From a candidate division FCPU426 bacterium (GTDB lineage: Bacteria > Oederibacteriota > Muellerivitia > Muellerivitales > Muellerivitaceae): 64,000 nt of DNA. The stretch covers positions 108,551-172,550 of the forward strand of contig CAVYSE010000018.1 in assembly GCA_963771075.1 (NCBI GenBank). Reading direction: 5' to 3'. Position numbers and translations under genes: made by a program. Numbering within the stretch: the first letter of the stretch is position 1; each line of letters begins with the position of its first letter. Below the pieces are notes generated by a model, which was given only the letters and a program-made list of their open reading frames with translations, was not told the DNA's origin and did not search any database. Below, one piece after another: positions 28,740-38,700 of this stretch.

Positions 28740-29836
28740 TGATCCCCGGGAACTTCCATTTCGCCGACCCCCAATGGCTATACCTGGCCTTCGCGCTTCC
28801 CCTGGTGCCCCTGGCTTTTTACCTTTCCGCCCGGCTTAAGCCTTCCACCCTTTACCTTGGAAACCCCCGGCTCGTCGCGGCCGCGCCCAGCTTCTGGTCC
28901 GGGGTTTGGTTTCCCTGGCTCCTGCGGCTGTTGGTTCTTCTGCTTTGCATCGTGGCCGCCGCCAAGCCCCAGGCCGGCCAAAAAAAAGTGGAGCAGAAAA
29001 AACAAGTGACCGACCTTTTCGTGGCCTTCGACGTTTCCGGCTCCATGCTCACGGCCGATCTGAAACCCAACCGGGTTACCGCCGCCAAGAAGCTTCTTTC
29101 GGAGTTCCTGGACAAGGTTCAGGATGTGCGGGTGGGACTGACCGTTTTCGCCAGCATCAGTTTTACCCAGTGCCCCCTGACCACCGACATGGCCATCGTT
29201 AAAAAACTACTGGCCAACGTGGATGTCTATTCGGTCAAGCTGGATGGGACCGCCATCGGGGACGCGCTCGTCTCAAGCTTGAATCGGATGCAACAAGGCA
29301 TTGGAAAGATAGGCGGCGACGAAGAAACCAAACCCACACTGATTGGAAAATTACTGGCCGAACCCACTCCAAGCGGCGAAGCCGCGCCCAAGGACACCCA
29401 GGCGATCCTTCTTCTCACGGACGGGGGCAACAACGCCGGGATCGTGGACCCCCTTCAAGCGGCCCGGATCCTAGCCTCCAAGGGCGTGAAGGTTTACGCC
29501 ATCGGGGTGGGTGGAAATGGTTCAGCCAACCTGTTTTACCAGGGACGGACTTACGCCCAAACCGATCAATATGGAAACCCGCTTCACGACGAAGGGGTGG
29601 ACAAGGTGCTTTTAGGTGAAATCGCACGCATTACGGGGGGAAGGGTTTATTTTGCCCAGAACAACCAAGCCCTCGAGAGCGTCTTAAAAGACATAGCCCA
29701 GCTTCAAAAAAGAGAGGTTTCCACCGTAACCAGCTGGCAATACGAGGAACTGGGTTTTTGGTTCCTATTGGCCGCTTTTGCCCTATTGCTCCTGGACTTG
29801 GTTTTGGAAACCACCCTATTGAGGACCTTGCCATGA
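28739..29836 (+). CDS. batA: VWA-domain membrane protein, BatA-like.
   Basis: N-terminal TM helices, then the VWA MIDAS motif VAFDVSGSM, TAIGDAL and LLLTDGGNN, and a C-terminal TM. Confidence 0.8.
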   Translation: MIPGNFHFADPQWLYLAFALPLVPLAFYLSARLKPSTLYLGNPRLVAAAPSFWSGVWFPWLLRLLVLLLCIVAAAKPQAGQKKVEQKKQVTDLFVAFDVSGSMLTADLKPNRVTAAKKLLSEFLDKVQDVRVGLTVFASISFTQCPLTTDMAIVKKLLANVDVYSVKLDGTAIGDALVSSLNRMQQGIGKIGGDEETKPTLIGKLLAEPTPSGEAAPKDTQAILLLTDGGNNAGIVDPLQAARILASKGVKVYAIGVGGNGSANLFYQGRTYAQTDQYGNPLHDEGVDKVLLGEIARITGGRVYFAQNNQALESVLKDIAQLQKREVSTVTSWQYEELGFWFLLAAFALLLLDLVLETTLLRTLP

Positions 29837-30837
29837 CAGGATTGAATATCGATTTTGGCAACCCCAACGCTTTGTTTCCGCTCTTAACAGTCCTTCTTTT
29901 GATGCTGGCTTGGGGAGCCTGGACCCTTTGGAAGGATCGCCGGGACCTGGATTATTTGGGTGAGCAAAACCTGGTCTGGTCCCCGCTGAGGGTTTGGGCC
30001 CGCCGGGCCGTGAAGGGAACCTTGGCCTTGGTCGCGCTTGTCTTTTTGTTTTTGGGAGCCGCCCAGCTTCAGGGCAAACCGGTTCCCGAAGAACTGAATA
30101 TGAGCGGTGTGGACGTCATGATCGTACTGGATGTCTCGAAAAGCATGTTGTCCCAAGACATCCTTCCGAACCGGCTCACGGCCGCCAAGCGGGCACTTTT
30201 CAATTGGATTTCCAACCGGCAGGGGGACCGGGTAGGCCTAGTCATCTTCGCCGGGGAATCCCTGGTTCAAGTGCCGCTGACCATGGATTTAAACGCCGTC
30301 CAGTTGGTCTTGGTCAAGGCGGATCCGGACGAGGTGGACAGGGGAGGAACGGATATTGGCGAGGGAATCCAGACCGCCCTGGATTCACTGGATAAAGAGG
30401 AAGATAAAAAAAGAGGGAAGGCCATTCTGCTGATGACCGACGGGGAGATAACGGAGGGTTCTGCCATCCTACCGAAGGTTCTTGAGCGGGCTGCGCAAAT
30501 GAAGGTTCCAATCGTAACGGTAGGCATGGGCACCCCCCAGGGAAGGCCGATCCCGGACGGAACGGCCTTTTGGGGCGAGATGACTTATAAGAGAGACGCT
30601 GGAGGGTCGGTTCACATCAGTCGGCTGGATGAGACGACGCTTCGCCATATTGCCGACTCGACCTGGGGTGAATATATCCCGGGCGATACCGAACAGAACC
30701 TCAAGTCGATCAATTCGACGCTGGATAAGCTTCAAAAAACACTGATGAAGGGCGAGGGCGGCATGAAGAGGGAAGAACTTTCCCCCCGGATGGCCCTGGG
30801 GGCCGCCTTTTCGCTTTTCCTGGCTTCGGTGTTATGA
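29833..30837 (+). CDS. batB: VWA-domain membrane protein, BatB-like.
   Basis: The ATG at 29833 overlaps the batA stop (ATGA). MIDAS VLDVSKSM, GTDIGEGI and ILLMTDGE. C-terminal TM. Confidence 0.8.
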   Translation: MTGLNIDFGNPNALFPLLTVLLLMLAWGAWTLWKDRRDLDYLGEQNLVWSPLRVWARRAVKGTLALVALVFLFLGAAQLQGKPVPEELNMSGVDVMIVLDVSKSMLSQDILPNRLTAAKRALFNWISNRQGDRVGLVIFAGESLVQVPLTMDLNAVQLVLVKADPDEVDRGGTDIGEGIQTALDSLDKEEDKKRGKAILLMTDGEITEGSAILPKVLERAAQMKVPIVTVGMGTPQGRPIPDGTAFWGEMTYKRDAGGSVHISRLDETTLRHIADSTWGEYIPGDTEQNLKSINSTLDKLQKTLMKGEGGMKREELSPRMALGAAFSLFLASVL

Positions 30838-31913
30838 AGATGGGCATGGAACCTATGGAAACAAATCAAAATCCAACGCAAAACCACAAAGAGCCAACGA
30901 AAGGCGTAATCTTTTTGGGGAAACCAAACACGAATAAAACCCGATTGCTATGCCCGGAAAAATCACTATTTTCCCAGTGGCTTGCAGTTTTATTGCTGGC
31001 GATTTTGCCGGGGATGAGCCATGCCTTCAGCCTATCGCCGGGCCGGGACGCCTATGAGGGCAAGGACTACCTGCAGGCCGAAAAGATTTTCGGGGAAGAG
31101 GCCCAGAAGAATAAAAATGATTGGGCCGCCGCCTATGGATGGGGAAACGCCTTGTACCAGGAAGGGAAATATTCAGAGGCCCAAAAGGCATATGAACAGT
31201 CCTTGGAGCATAAACCTGACATGGAATCGGGCTGGTACAACCTGGGCAACAGCTATTTTCAGCAACAAAGGTATAAAGACGCCATTGAGGCATACAAAAA
31301 GACTCTTCAGCTGGACCCTAAAGACAGCGACGCAAAACATAACCTGGAATTGGCGGAAAAACTGATGAAGGAGAGTCCCAAATCGGACAAGAGCGACGAA
31401 AAACGCAAGGAAGAACAACAAACTCCCAGCCCGACCCCCACCCAACCTCCAGGCCAACAAAACAACCAGCAGGGCGGGAAGTCCGATCAACAGCAAAACG
31501 ACTCAAACTCAAAGAATCCAAACAATTCCCAAAACCCTTCAAATCAAAAGAACCAAAATCAAAATCAGGGGCAACAGCAAAAGCCGGCCGCTTCCAAACA
31601 ACAACAAAACCAACAGCAGGCCGAACAACAACGCCAGCAGCAGGCTGCCCAACAACGCCAGGCGGACCAGCAAAGGGCCGAGGAGGCGAAGAAACAGATG
31701 GGCATGTCTGATGAGCAGGTGAAGCAGTTGATGTCCCAGCTTCAAAATCGGGAAGCCCAGGCCCAGCGTTTTTATTCGCCCCATCCGGACCGGGACAGCA
31801 AAAAAGCGCAGGATAACTTCTGGAATTTTCTTCCCAGGGAAAATAGCGAGTTCATGAAGCGTTTTTTTGGACAGCCATCCAACGATAAAAACCAGCCTGC
31901 GGAGGATTGGTGA
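30834..31913 (+). CDS. TPR-repeat protein, BatC-like, with a long Gln/Asn-rich low-complexity region.
   Basis: ATGA overlap with batB. TPR units: YLQAEKIFGEEAQ, AAYGWGNALYQEGKYSEAQKAYEQSL, GWYNLGNSYFQQQRYKDAIEAYKKTLQLDP. A Q/N tract spans ~31410-31700. Confidence 0.7.
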   Translation: MKMGMEPMETNQNPTQNHKEPTKGVIFLGKPNTNKTRLLCPEKSLFSQWLAVLLLAILPGMSHAFSLSPGRDAYEGKDYLQAEKIFGEEAQKNKNDWAAAYGWGNALYQEGKYSEAQKAYEQSLEHKPDMESGWYNLGNSYFQQQRYKDAIEAYKKTLQLDPKDSDAKHNLELAEKLMKESPKSDKSDEKRKEEQQTPSPTPTQPPGQQNNQQGGKSDQQQNDSNSKNPNNSQNPSNQKNQNQNQGQQQKPAASKQQQNQQQAEQQRQQQAAQQRQADQQRAEEAKKQMGMSDEQVKQLMSQLQNREAQAQRFYSPHPDRDSKKAQDNFWNFLPRENSEFMKRFFGQPSNDKNQPAEDW

Positions 31914-32014
31914 GCCGGTGGCCATTTTGCCTGCCGTTCGGGTTAGAATACGCGGGCTCGAGGGGCTGGCGGCATTGACGAAAGCGGAAGTCAAGAACAT
32001 AAGGAAGGGAAAGC

Positions 32015-33010
32015 ATGAAACCGATTGAAACGAGAAAAAACAGGCCTTGGACCCTCTGGGTCCTGGCCTTTCTACTGGCCGCTCCCCTGGCATCCCAAAC
32101 GAATAACAGCGGGGAAGAAGTGGGCCTGCGAATGGACGTGGATAAAAGGCAGGTGGAGGTGGGCGATACACTTTCCCTCACGATCGAATTCAAGCAATTG
32201 ATGGTGGGAGGAAGCAATGTATCCGCCCAGCCTAATTTCCCGACCCCGGAGCTTTTTCAGGAAGGCAGTAGCTTTAATTCCACGCAAGTCACCATCGTGA
32301 ACCAAAAGACGGCCCAGACGACCACGACCCACATGAACCTGGTGGCGGTTAAACCCGGAAGCGAAACCTTGGGGCCCGCCAGCGTCATTTTTCAGGACCC
32401 TTCCGGGAAAAGGCAGGAGATCCGATCCAATGTGATCAACGTGACGGTCACCGAAAAAAAGCCGTTTTCCCTTTTTGGAGGGTCCAAACCGACTTCCCTG
32501 CCGGCGGTGAACCCGGCTCCGGCCCAGGCTCCCGCGGATGAGGGCTTAAGGGACCTGAAACCATTGTTGCCGGATCCCATCCTCTTCTTGTTGAAGCTGT
32601 TAATTTGGATCGCCATTCTCGTCTTAGTTGGAGTCTTGGTTTGGAGGATCACGAAACCCAAAAAATCCGCCGTTAAAGGTCCCCCCCCCATCGGGGAGGA
32701 AAAGCGCTTGAGGGATATCTGGAAAAAACTTTCCGACGAGGACCTTTCCGCGGAGATTTTCTGCCGGTCCCTGTCTTCCCTGGTCCGCGAGTGCCTCCAA
32801 TACCATTTTGAGTTCGACGCGGTGGATCTTACGACAGAGGAAATATTCCGGGAATTGAAGAAACATGAATTAACCTCCAAGGAGATGGAGGCCGTTGAAA
32901 AGTGCCTGAAGGCCTGCGACCGGGTGCTTTACGCCGATGGGAACCTGACGGGAAGGGACGCCCTGCGTGCCCTTGCCTCGAACCTGCTGCCGAAGGTGTC
33001 AAACAATTGA
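32015..33010 (+). CDS. BatD-like (oxygen-tolerance family) membrane-anchored protein.
   Basis: Signal peptide, a beta-rich ectodomain (DKRQVEVGDTLSLTIEF...VAVKPGSETLGPASVIFQDPSGKRQEIRSNVINVTV), a single TM (LLIWIAILVLVGVLVW) and a cytoplasmic tail. Its position after batC is as in Bat operons. Confidence 0.55.
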   Translation: MKPIETRKNRPWTLWVLAFLLAAPLASQTNNSGEEVGLRMDVDKRQVEVGDTLSLTIEFKQLMVGGSNVSAQPNFPTPELFQEGSSFNSTQVTIVNQKTAQTTTTHMNLVAVKPGSETLGPASVIFQDPSGKRQEIRSNVINVTVTEKKPFSLFGGSKPTSLPAVNPAPAQAPADEGLRDLKPLLPDPILFLLKLLIWIAILVLVGVLVWRITKPKKSAVKGPPPIGEEKRLRDIWKKLSDEDLSAEIFCRSLSSLVRECLQYHFEFDAVDLTTEEIFRELKKHELTSKEMEAVEKCLKACDRVLYADGNLTGRDALRALASNLLPKVSNN

Positions 33011-33450
33011 ACCGCGAAGACGCGAAGGTAAACCCGGTAAAGAAATTCGGGAAAGATGATATATCGATCGAGAAGAATGATATCGCCAGAACGGTTGTTG
33101 ACGCAGCTTTCGCGGTGCATCGGGAAATGGGCCCCGGATTGTTGGAAAGTATTTACGAGTCATGCTTGGTTAAAGAGCTGCAAAAACGGAATGTTGGATT
33201 CGAACGGCAAAAATGTATTCCAATTCACTATGCCGGTGAATTATTAGATGAAAAGTTTCGATTGGATTTGTTGGTTGAAGAAAAAATAATTGTTGAAATA
33301 AAAGCTGTAGAAGAACTATTGCCTATTCATGAGGCGCAGGTTTTGACTTATCTCAAACTTATAGGGTGCGAGATTGGTTTTTTAATCAATTTTAACGTCC
33401 GTTTCATCAAGGATGGCATCCGGCGGATTGTTTTGTCAAAAAAACACTAA
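33007..33450 (+). CDS. GxxExxY family (PD-(D/E)XK-like, PDDEXK_3) protein.
   Basis: VVDAAFAVHREMGPGLLESIYESCLVKELQKRNVGFERQKCIPIHYAGELLDEKFRLDLLVEEKIIVEIKAVEELLPIHEAQVLTYLKLIGCEIGFLINFN. The only in-frame canonical start upstream of the conserved core is the TTG at 33007, inside the left repeat. The start is therefore uncertain, and a 5' frameshift is an alternative. Confidence 0.75.
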   Translation: MNREDAKVNPVKKFGKDDISIEKNDIARTVVDAAFAVHREMGPGLLESIYESCLVKELQKRNVGFERQKCIPIHYAGELLDEKFRLDLLVEEKIIVEIKAVEELLPIHEAQVLTYLKLIGCEIGFLINFNVRFIKDGIRRIVLSKKH

Positions 33451-33480
33451 AAGACGTTCTTCGCGTCTTCGCGGTGAAAA
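33009..33480. mobile_element. Inverted-repeat cassette copy h (cargo: full-length GxxExxY gene), inserted between batD and moxR.
   Basis: Left end: gaaccgcgaagacgcgaagg (33009-33028), overlapping the batD stop. Right end: gttcttcgcgtcttcgcggtgaaaa (33456-33480). The core is a perfect 16-nt reverse complement. Confidence 0.75.
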
Positions 33481-33502
33481 TCTCGACTTAAGGGAGCAAG
33501 AA

Positions 33503-34492
33503 ATGCCTACGCAAAATGAAGAATTAACTCAAGAAGGCCAGCGCCTCAGCGAACAGTTTCTGAAAGCGAAGGATGAGGTGCAAAAGGTTATTGTGGGCCA
33601 GGGCGATTTGATCGATCGTCTCCTTTTGGGACTGCTGACCCGCGGGCACCTGCTCTTGGAGGGCTTGCCGGGACTGGCGAAGACCCTTGCGGTAAAGACG
33701 CTTGCGGAGGCATTGGGCGTCAGTTTCAGCCGAATCCAGTTTACCCCCGACCTTTTGCCCGCCGACCTGCTGGGAACCAGGATATATAACCCTGGCAAGG
33801 GTGACTTCAAAACCCAGAAGGGCCCCGTTTTTGCCAACCTGGTGTTGGCCGATGAGATCAACCGGGCCCCCGCGAAGGTGCAGTCCGCCCTACTGGAAGC
33901 CATGCAGGAACACCAGGTCACCATTGGGCCCGATACATTCAAGTTGGAGGAGCCCTTTTTTGTCATGGCGACCCAGAACCCGATCGAACATGAGGGCACC
34001 TACCCCCTTCCGGAGGCCCAGGTGGACCGCTTTTTGATGAAGATTTTCGTGGGGTATCCCAGCTTCGAGGAGGAAAAGCAAATTATCGATCGGATGACCC
34101 AGGGACAAAGTATAAAGACCTCAGAGATACTTTCCGCCCAGGCCATTCTCAAGGCCCAGCGCCAGGTAGACGGCATCTACGTGGGGGAAGCCTTGAAGGA
34201 TTACATCGTTCACCTGGTGTCAGCCACCCGGCGGCCGAAAGATTACCAATTGGCTTCCCTCCAACCCCTTATCGAGTACGGGGCCAGCCCCCGCGCCTCG
34301 ATGGGCTTGACGGTCGCGGCGAAAGCCAGGGCCTTTTTGAACGGCCGGGGCTATGCCACGCCCGATGACGTGAAGGCACTGGCGGGTAACGTTATCCGCC
34401 ACCGCTTGATCCTTACCTATGAGGCTGAAGCGCAAAACTTGACCACCGACCAGGTCATCTCGCAAATCCTCGCCAAAGTACCTGTGCCGTGA
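33503..34492 (+). CDS. moxR: MoxR-family AAA+ ATPase.
   Basis: Walker A LLEGLPGLAKT, Walker B LVLADEINRA, ATQNPIEHEGTYPLPEAQVDRF and GASPRA. The ATG at 33503 was chosen. The listed start at 33413 reads through the cassette's right repeat. Confidence 0.9.
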   Translation: MPTQNEELTQEGQRLSEQFLKAKDEVQKVIVGQGDLIDRLLLGLLTRGHLLLEGLPGLAKTLAVKTLAEALGVSFSRIQFTPDLLPADLLGTRIYNPGKGDFKTQKGPVFANLVLADEINRAPAKVQSALLEAMQEHQVTIGPDTFKLEEPFFVMATQNPIEHEGTYPLPEAQVDRFLMKIFVGYPSFEEEKQIIDRMTQGQSIKTSEILSAQAILKAQRQVDGIYVGEALKDYIVHLVSATRRPKDYQLASLQPLIEYGASPRASMGLTVAAKARAFLNGRGYATPDDVKALAGNVIRHRLILTYEAEAQNLTTDQVISQILAKVPVP

Positions 34493-35493
34493 GCTTCCAG
34501 GCCCGAAACTCCAAAAGCGGTCTCTCGGGGAGAGGAGGTTATGGGGCCATTGTTTTAATCCTATTGGGGTTAGGGTTCGGGGCGGGATGCGGTCAAAAAC
34601 CACATTACACCGCGCTCTCCCTTCCACTGCCTCCTACCGAAGATTCGGGGGTGCAAAACGGGGAATATATTCAAACCCAATACGGTTTCGCTTTCCCGGT
34701 CCCCCCCAAATGGATGTCCCTGGGCCTTTCGGAGGAACAGGAAATGGATGTAGTCGCCTGTTTTGCCGATCCTACCAAAACACTCGTGACCCGGTTTTCG
34801 GTCCAACTCGTTCCTTCGGACCAGACTTTTTCCCCCAAGGACTGGTCCGCCTCGGTCGAGAAAGATCTAAAGGCGAAACAATTCCAAATCGAGACGAAAG
34901 ACTCCCGGGAGGAATGGAAAACGGCGGGCAGTGAAAGGTGGATCTCCCAGGCCTTTCATGTATTGGACGTGAGGCAAAAAGAATGGTTGGATAACGAATG
35001 GGTACTCAATCGGGGCGACCTGCTTTTGCAGGTACATGCCACCCTGCCCGAAGAGAAGGCCTCGGCGGATGAGGGAAAAAAATTATTGAAGGCCCTGGAA
35101 GGGGCGCTTACCCGTATCCATTGGTACATGCCCATCGGACCCAGGGGAATATCACCCGAACGGTACGAGTTGCAGGCCTTTACGGAAGGTTTTCAACTGG
35201 CATTGGAATCGGGCTCCCTGCCAAAGACCTATCTCTTTTTTGACGACCTTTACCCGGGCCGGGCCGAATGGGCATCCTGGTACCAGCAAGCCTTGGGAGG
35301 CAAGGATCCGAAGTCCCTGAACTTGAAGGCGGCTTTGGAGGGACTTGTGATCAACGGGGAAAACGCAACCGCTTCTTTTTCACTATCCATGAACAATCCC
35401 GCGGCGGGAAAACCGGTAAAGTTGGAGAGAAGTTTCAAGCTTTCGAAGAAGGAACGAAGCTGGAAGATCACGGAACCGGTGGGGAAAAAATAA
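34489..35493 (+). CDS. Hypothetical lipoprotein.
   Basis: The GTG start overlaps the moxR stop (GTGA). Lipobox-like LGLGFGAGCG. No recognisable domain. Confidence 0.5.
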   Translation: MSFQARNSKSGLSGRGGYGAIVLILLGLGFGAGCGQKPHYTALSLPLPPTEDSGVQNGEYIQTQYGFAFPVPPKWMSLGLSEEQEMDVVACFADPTKTLVTRFSVQLVPSDQTFSPKDWSASVEKDLKAKQFQIETKDSREEWKTAGSERWISQAFHVLDVRQKEWLDNEWVLNRGDLLLQVHATLPEEKASADEGKKLLKALEGALTRIHWYMPIGPRGISPERYELQAFTEGFQLALESGSLPKTYLFFDDLYPGRAEWASWYQQALGGKDPKSLNLKAALEGLVINGENATASFSLSMNNPAAGKPVKLERSFKLSKKERSWKITEPVGKK

Positions 35494-35748
35494 GGGGACA
35501 TCTAAAAATTCACACGGAGAAACACGGGCATTTCAATTAACCTTATAGTGAATGAAGCATGGTTCTGTTTTCTTTGGTCCTTTGGGAGGAAGAACCTGAG
35601 ACAGGATTTTTAGTTGATTTTGACAACCTCAAAGGCAATTATTCGGGATGCCCTTAAATAACCCTTGTTATAGGCCTCTAATTCGATTTGAAGGTTAAAC
35701 CACCCAGCGTTAAACTTTCTTTAAAATGTTCCAATTGAGGAGAGTTTT

Positions 35749-38700
35749 TTGGGCCATCAATTTTTATCGAATCGGATGGGCAAAAAAAACTATTCCTTAT
35801 TTATTTCCGCCCTGTTGGCGATACCCCTCTCTTTTTTTCCAAGCGACCTTCATTCCCAAACCTATATCGGTAACCAGAGCGTCGTGGACAGCACTTATTT
35901 TAATGGTGTTCAATCCTCCCTGTTGCCAGCGATTTCCTACCGCTTTACGATTCCCGGAACCAACACGCTTCCGGTGACCGCGATCTATTTGAACGCGGCT
36001 TCCAACTATACAAGTGCTTCTTCCTCGGGTAATTATGTCATCAGCGTACAAAACGATTCCTCCGGGTTTCCCGGAGCGACCACGATCGTGGGTCCGGTGA
36101 CGGTCACTTTTCCGCCGAGCGGTGGTCCCGTTTCATTTGATTGGTATGAAATAGATGTTCCTCAAGCATCCGTCTCCGGCGGAACGGTTTACCAATTGGT
36201 GGTTGACGGGTCGGGCATTACAACGAATAAATTCATGGATTTCACATCGGGTTCGCTTCCGGACCTTAAGATCATACCCTTGAATCAGGTCCCGGACCCC
36301 AATTGCGACTCCGTGACATTCAGCGGAAGTGTTTGGAATTCCCAAGCGGAAATGCCTGTTTTTGTTCTCCAATTTAACAGTAACGCCACCCCCGATTTTG
36401 GAAACCCCTATGACAATTACGATCCCGCGAATTACGCGGATGCTACCGACTCGACGGGTCAAGTTTTTAATACGGGAGGCTCGAATTTATTTGTGGACCG
36501 GTTAGGGGTATATGCCAATCGCTTGACGAACCCGGCGGATAATCTTTATGGTTCCGTTTACGACCTCACAGCCCATGTGACGGTGGGAGCCGTCACGATA
36601 TTGGAGTCAAACGTGAATACCTTCAACGCGTGGGCGGAGGCAAATTTCAGCCCCCCCCTTTCCCTCAATGGCGCACACAATTACGAGGTGTTGCTTACGT
36701 CTCCCGGGTCCGCCTCCGCCACCGATTTTTATTATTTCCCGGCGCCTTTTCACGGAGGTACTTTTGACGACCTGACCTATGGAAGCACCCAGTCTTATGC
36801 CGAGTACAACTCTAACTATCCGACTCCTATCATGACCCCTGAGCCCTTCGAGGACCTGGGGTTCAGGTTCAGAGTGTTTATGACATTGACTCCCTCGGTT
36901 ACTCCAACGCTAACCCCAACCCCGACTTTAACATCAACTTCGACTCCTACAACCACGCCTACCGTAACGGCAACCCCCACCGTGACTTACGCCCCCTTTA
37001 ACGGTTCCATCTTCTATTTCACGAATGGTGATTCCACCAACCCGGGGCCTCCGGTCCAGGTCTTCAGCAATTCGGCCCCGGCTTCCCTCGTGACCGTTAA
37101 TATTTCCTCGGCGGGCAACAGTACCGCCTCCCCGTTGGGCGCTTGGGTCTCGGAGCCGCTTAATGGGCCGACCATCCCCGCCGGAAATTGGGATTTCGCC
37201 TTATATGGGTACGCGGATACCGCCGGTGCTAACGTTTATTACGACGTGAAAGTTTATGATTATTCTCTTTCCGGGCCCACCACCACCCTTTTATTTGAAA
37301 GTGTATCCCCCATCCAAATTTCCACTTCTCCCAACACTTTGGTGGAATGGTTTGCCAGCCAACCAAGCTATACCTTGGGCGTGCGGGACAAGATCTTTGT
37401 GCAGGTTTCGGTCAATAATACCTCCGCCACCACCTCGAACGCTTTTTTCCAATATGGGGGTAACCCCGATTATTCGCGTATCACGGCACCGGGGTATGGC
37501 ACGGGCGCCGCGGACAAGTTTGGAAATCGGTCGATCATCGGGGGACCTGTAACCTTCGGGCTGGATGCGAACGCTAAACGGGTCGGGATGCGGTTCACGG
37601 CGAATACCACCGGCTCCATTTCGGCGGTTCAGGTCTATATGTACAGTTTGTTGGGAGTTCCGGGTTATAAGGTCTCCCTCCAGGGGGACTCCGCTGGCAT
37701 TCCCGACGGATACCTGACATCCCCCACCAGTTTCACCCCGATTTCGGGATGGAACAATATCAGCCTTTCTACCTCCGTCCCCGTCACGGCGGGGGGAACT
37801 TATAACCTGGTAGTGGAATGGGATGGCCTATCCGTTCTTTCCTCGAACAACGCGATCCTTTTGAGCGGAACCTCCCCGGATCATGGATATATCCCCGTAA
37901 GCCAAACCTTTAGCGGGGTTTTGGGAACCGTGCAGGACATGGGCTTGGGCGGGGGGTGGAGTCCCTTGAGCGTCATGCCGGTTTTCCTGGTTGATTTAAA
38001 CGGCGCATGGTTTGGGAACCCCTTGGTAAACTCGGGCGGCAGTAGCATCGTGGGGACCAATTACCTAGCCCAACGGTTCAGGGTATTAAGTACGCCCCTG
38101 ACCATCGCCTCGGTGGCGGCTTTTGTCCAAGAAGTAGGGGGCACCCCGCCATTGGACAGTTTGTACTGGGAAATACGGGACACTACCACCAATACCGTTC
38201 AACCCGGCGGATCCGGAACCTTGGCGACCAATAACCAAGTCACCACGACAGCCAATTGGATCGGCGGGGCGATACCCACCCTGATCCTCGCGCCCGGAAC
38301 CTATCGGTTAGTTCTCAAGAGCCCCCAGTCCTCAGGCGGGAACTATTATTTTTGGCCGGCCCAGGGCCCTATGTCGACTGTCTCTCCTTATACCGATACA
38401 ACCTATGATGGGGTCAATTCCTACTCTGAAATTTCCAGCGATGGAGGAAACACCTTCGGCACTATCTCGCCTTCGCTCAATTACGATTTCGGTTTTGATT
38501 TCGTTCCCGGAACCAGCACCCTGGCTACTTACACTCCGAGCGTGACTCCCACAAGCACCGCCACCCAAACGCCCTCGATTACCAGCACCCCGACGCCGAC
38601 CCTCACCAATACCATTACGCTCAGCCCCACCATTACGAATACCTTCACGATCACTCCGACCCTGTCCAATACGACCACGCTCACGCCGACCATTACCCTT

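Noticed and set aside
35505-35600. A possible ninth, highly degenerate copy of the inverted-repeat cassette (cacacggagaaacacggg ... ctgttttctttggtcctttggg).
   Set aside because: The similarity to the CNCNAAGA octamer termini is weak and the two ends pair poorly. It is not reported as a feature.
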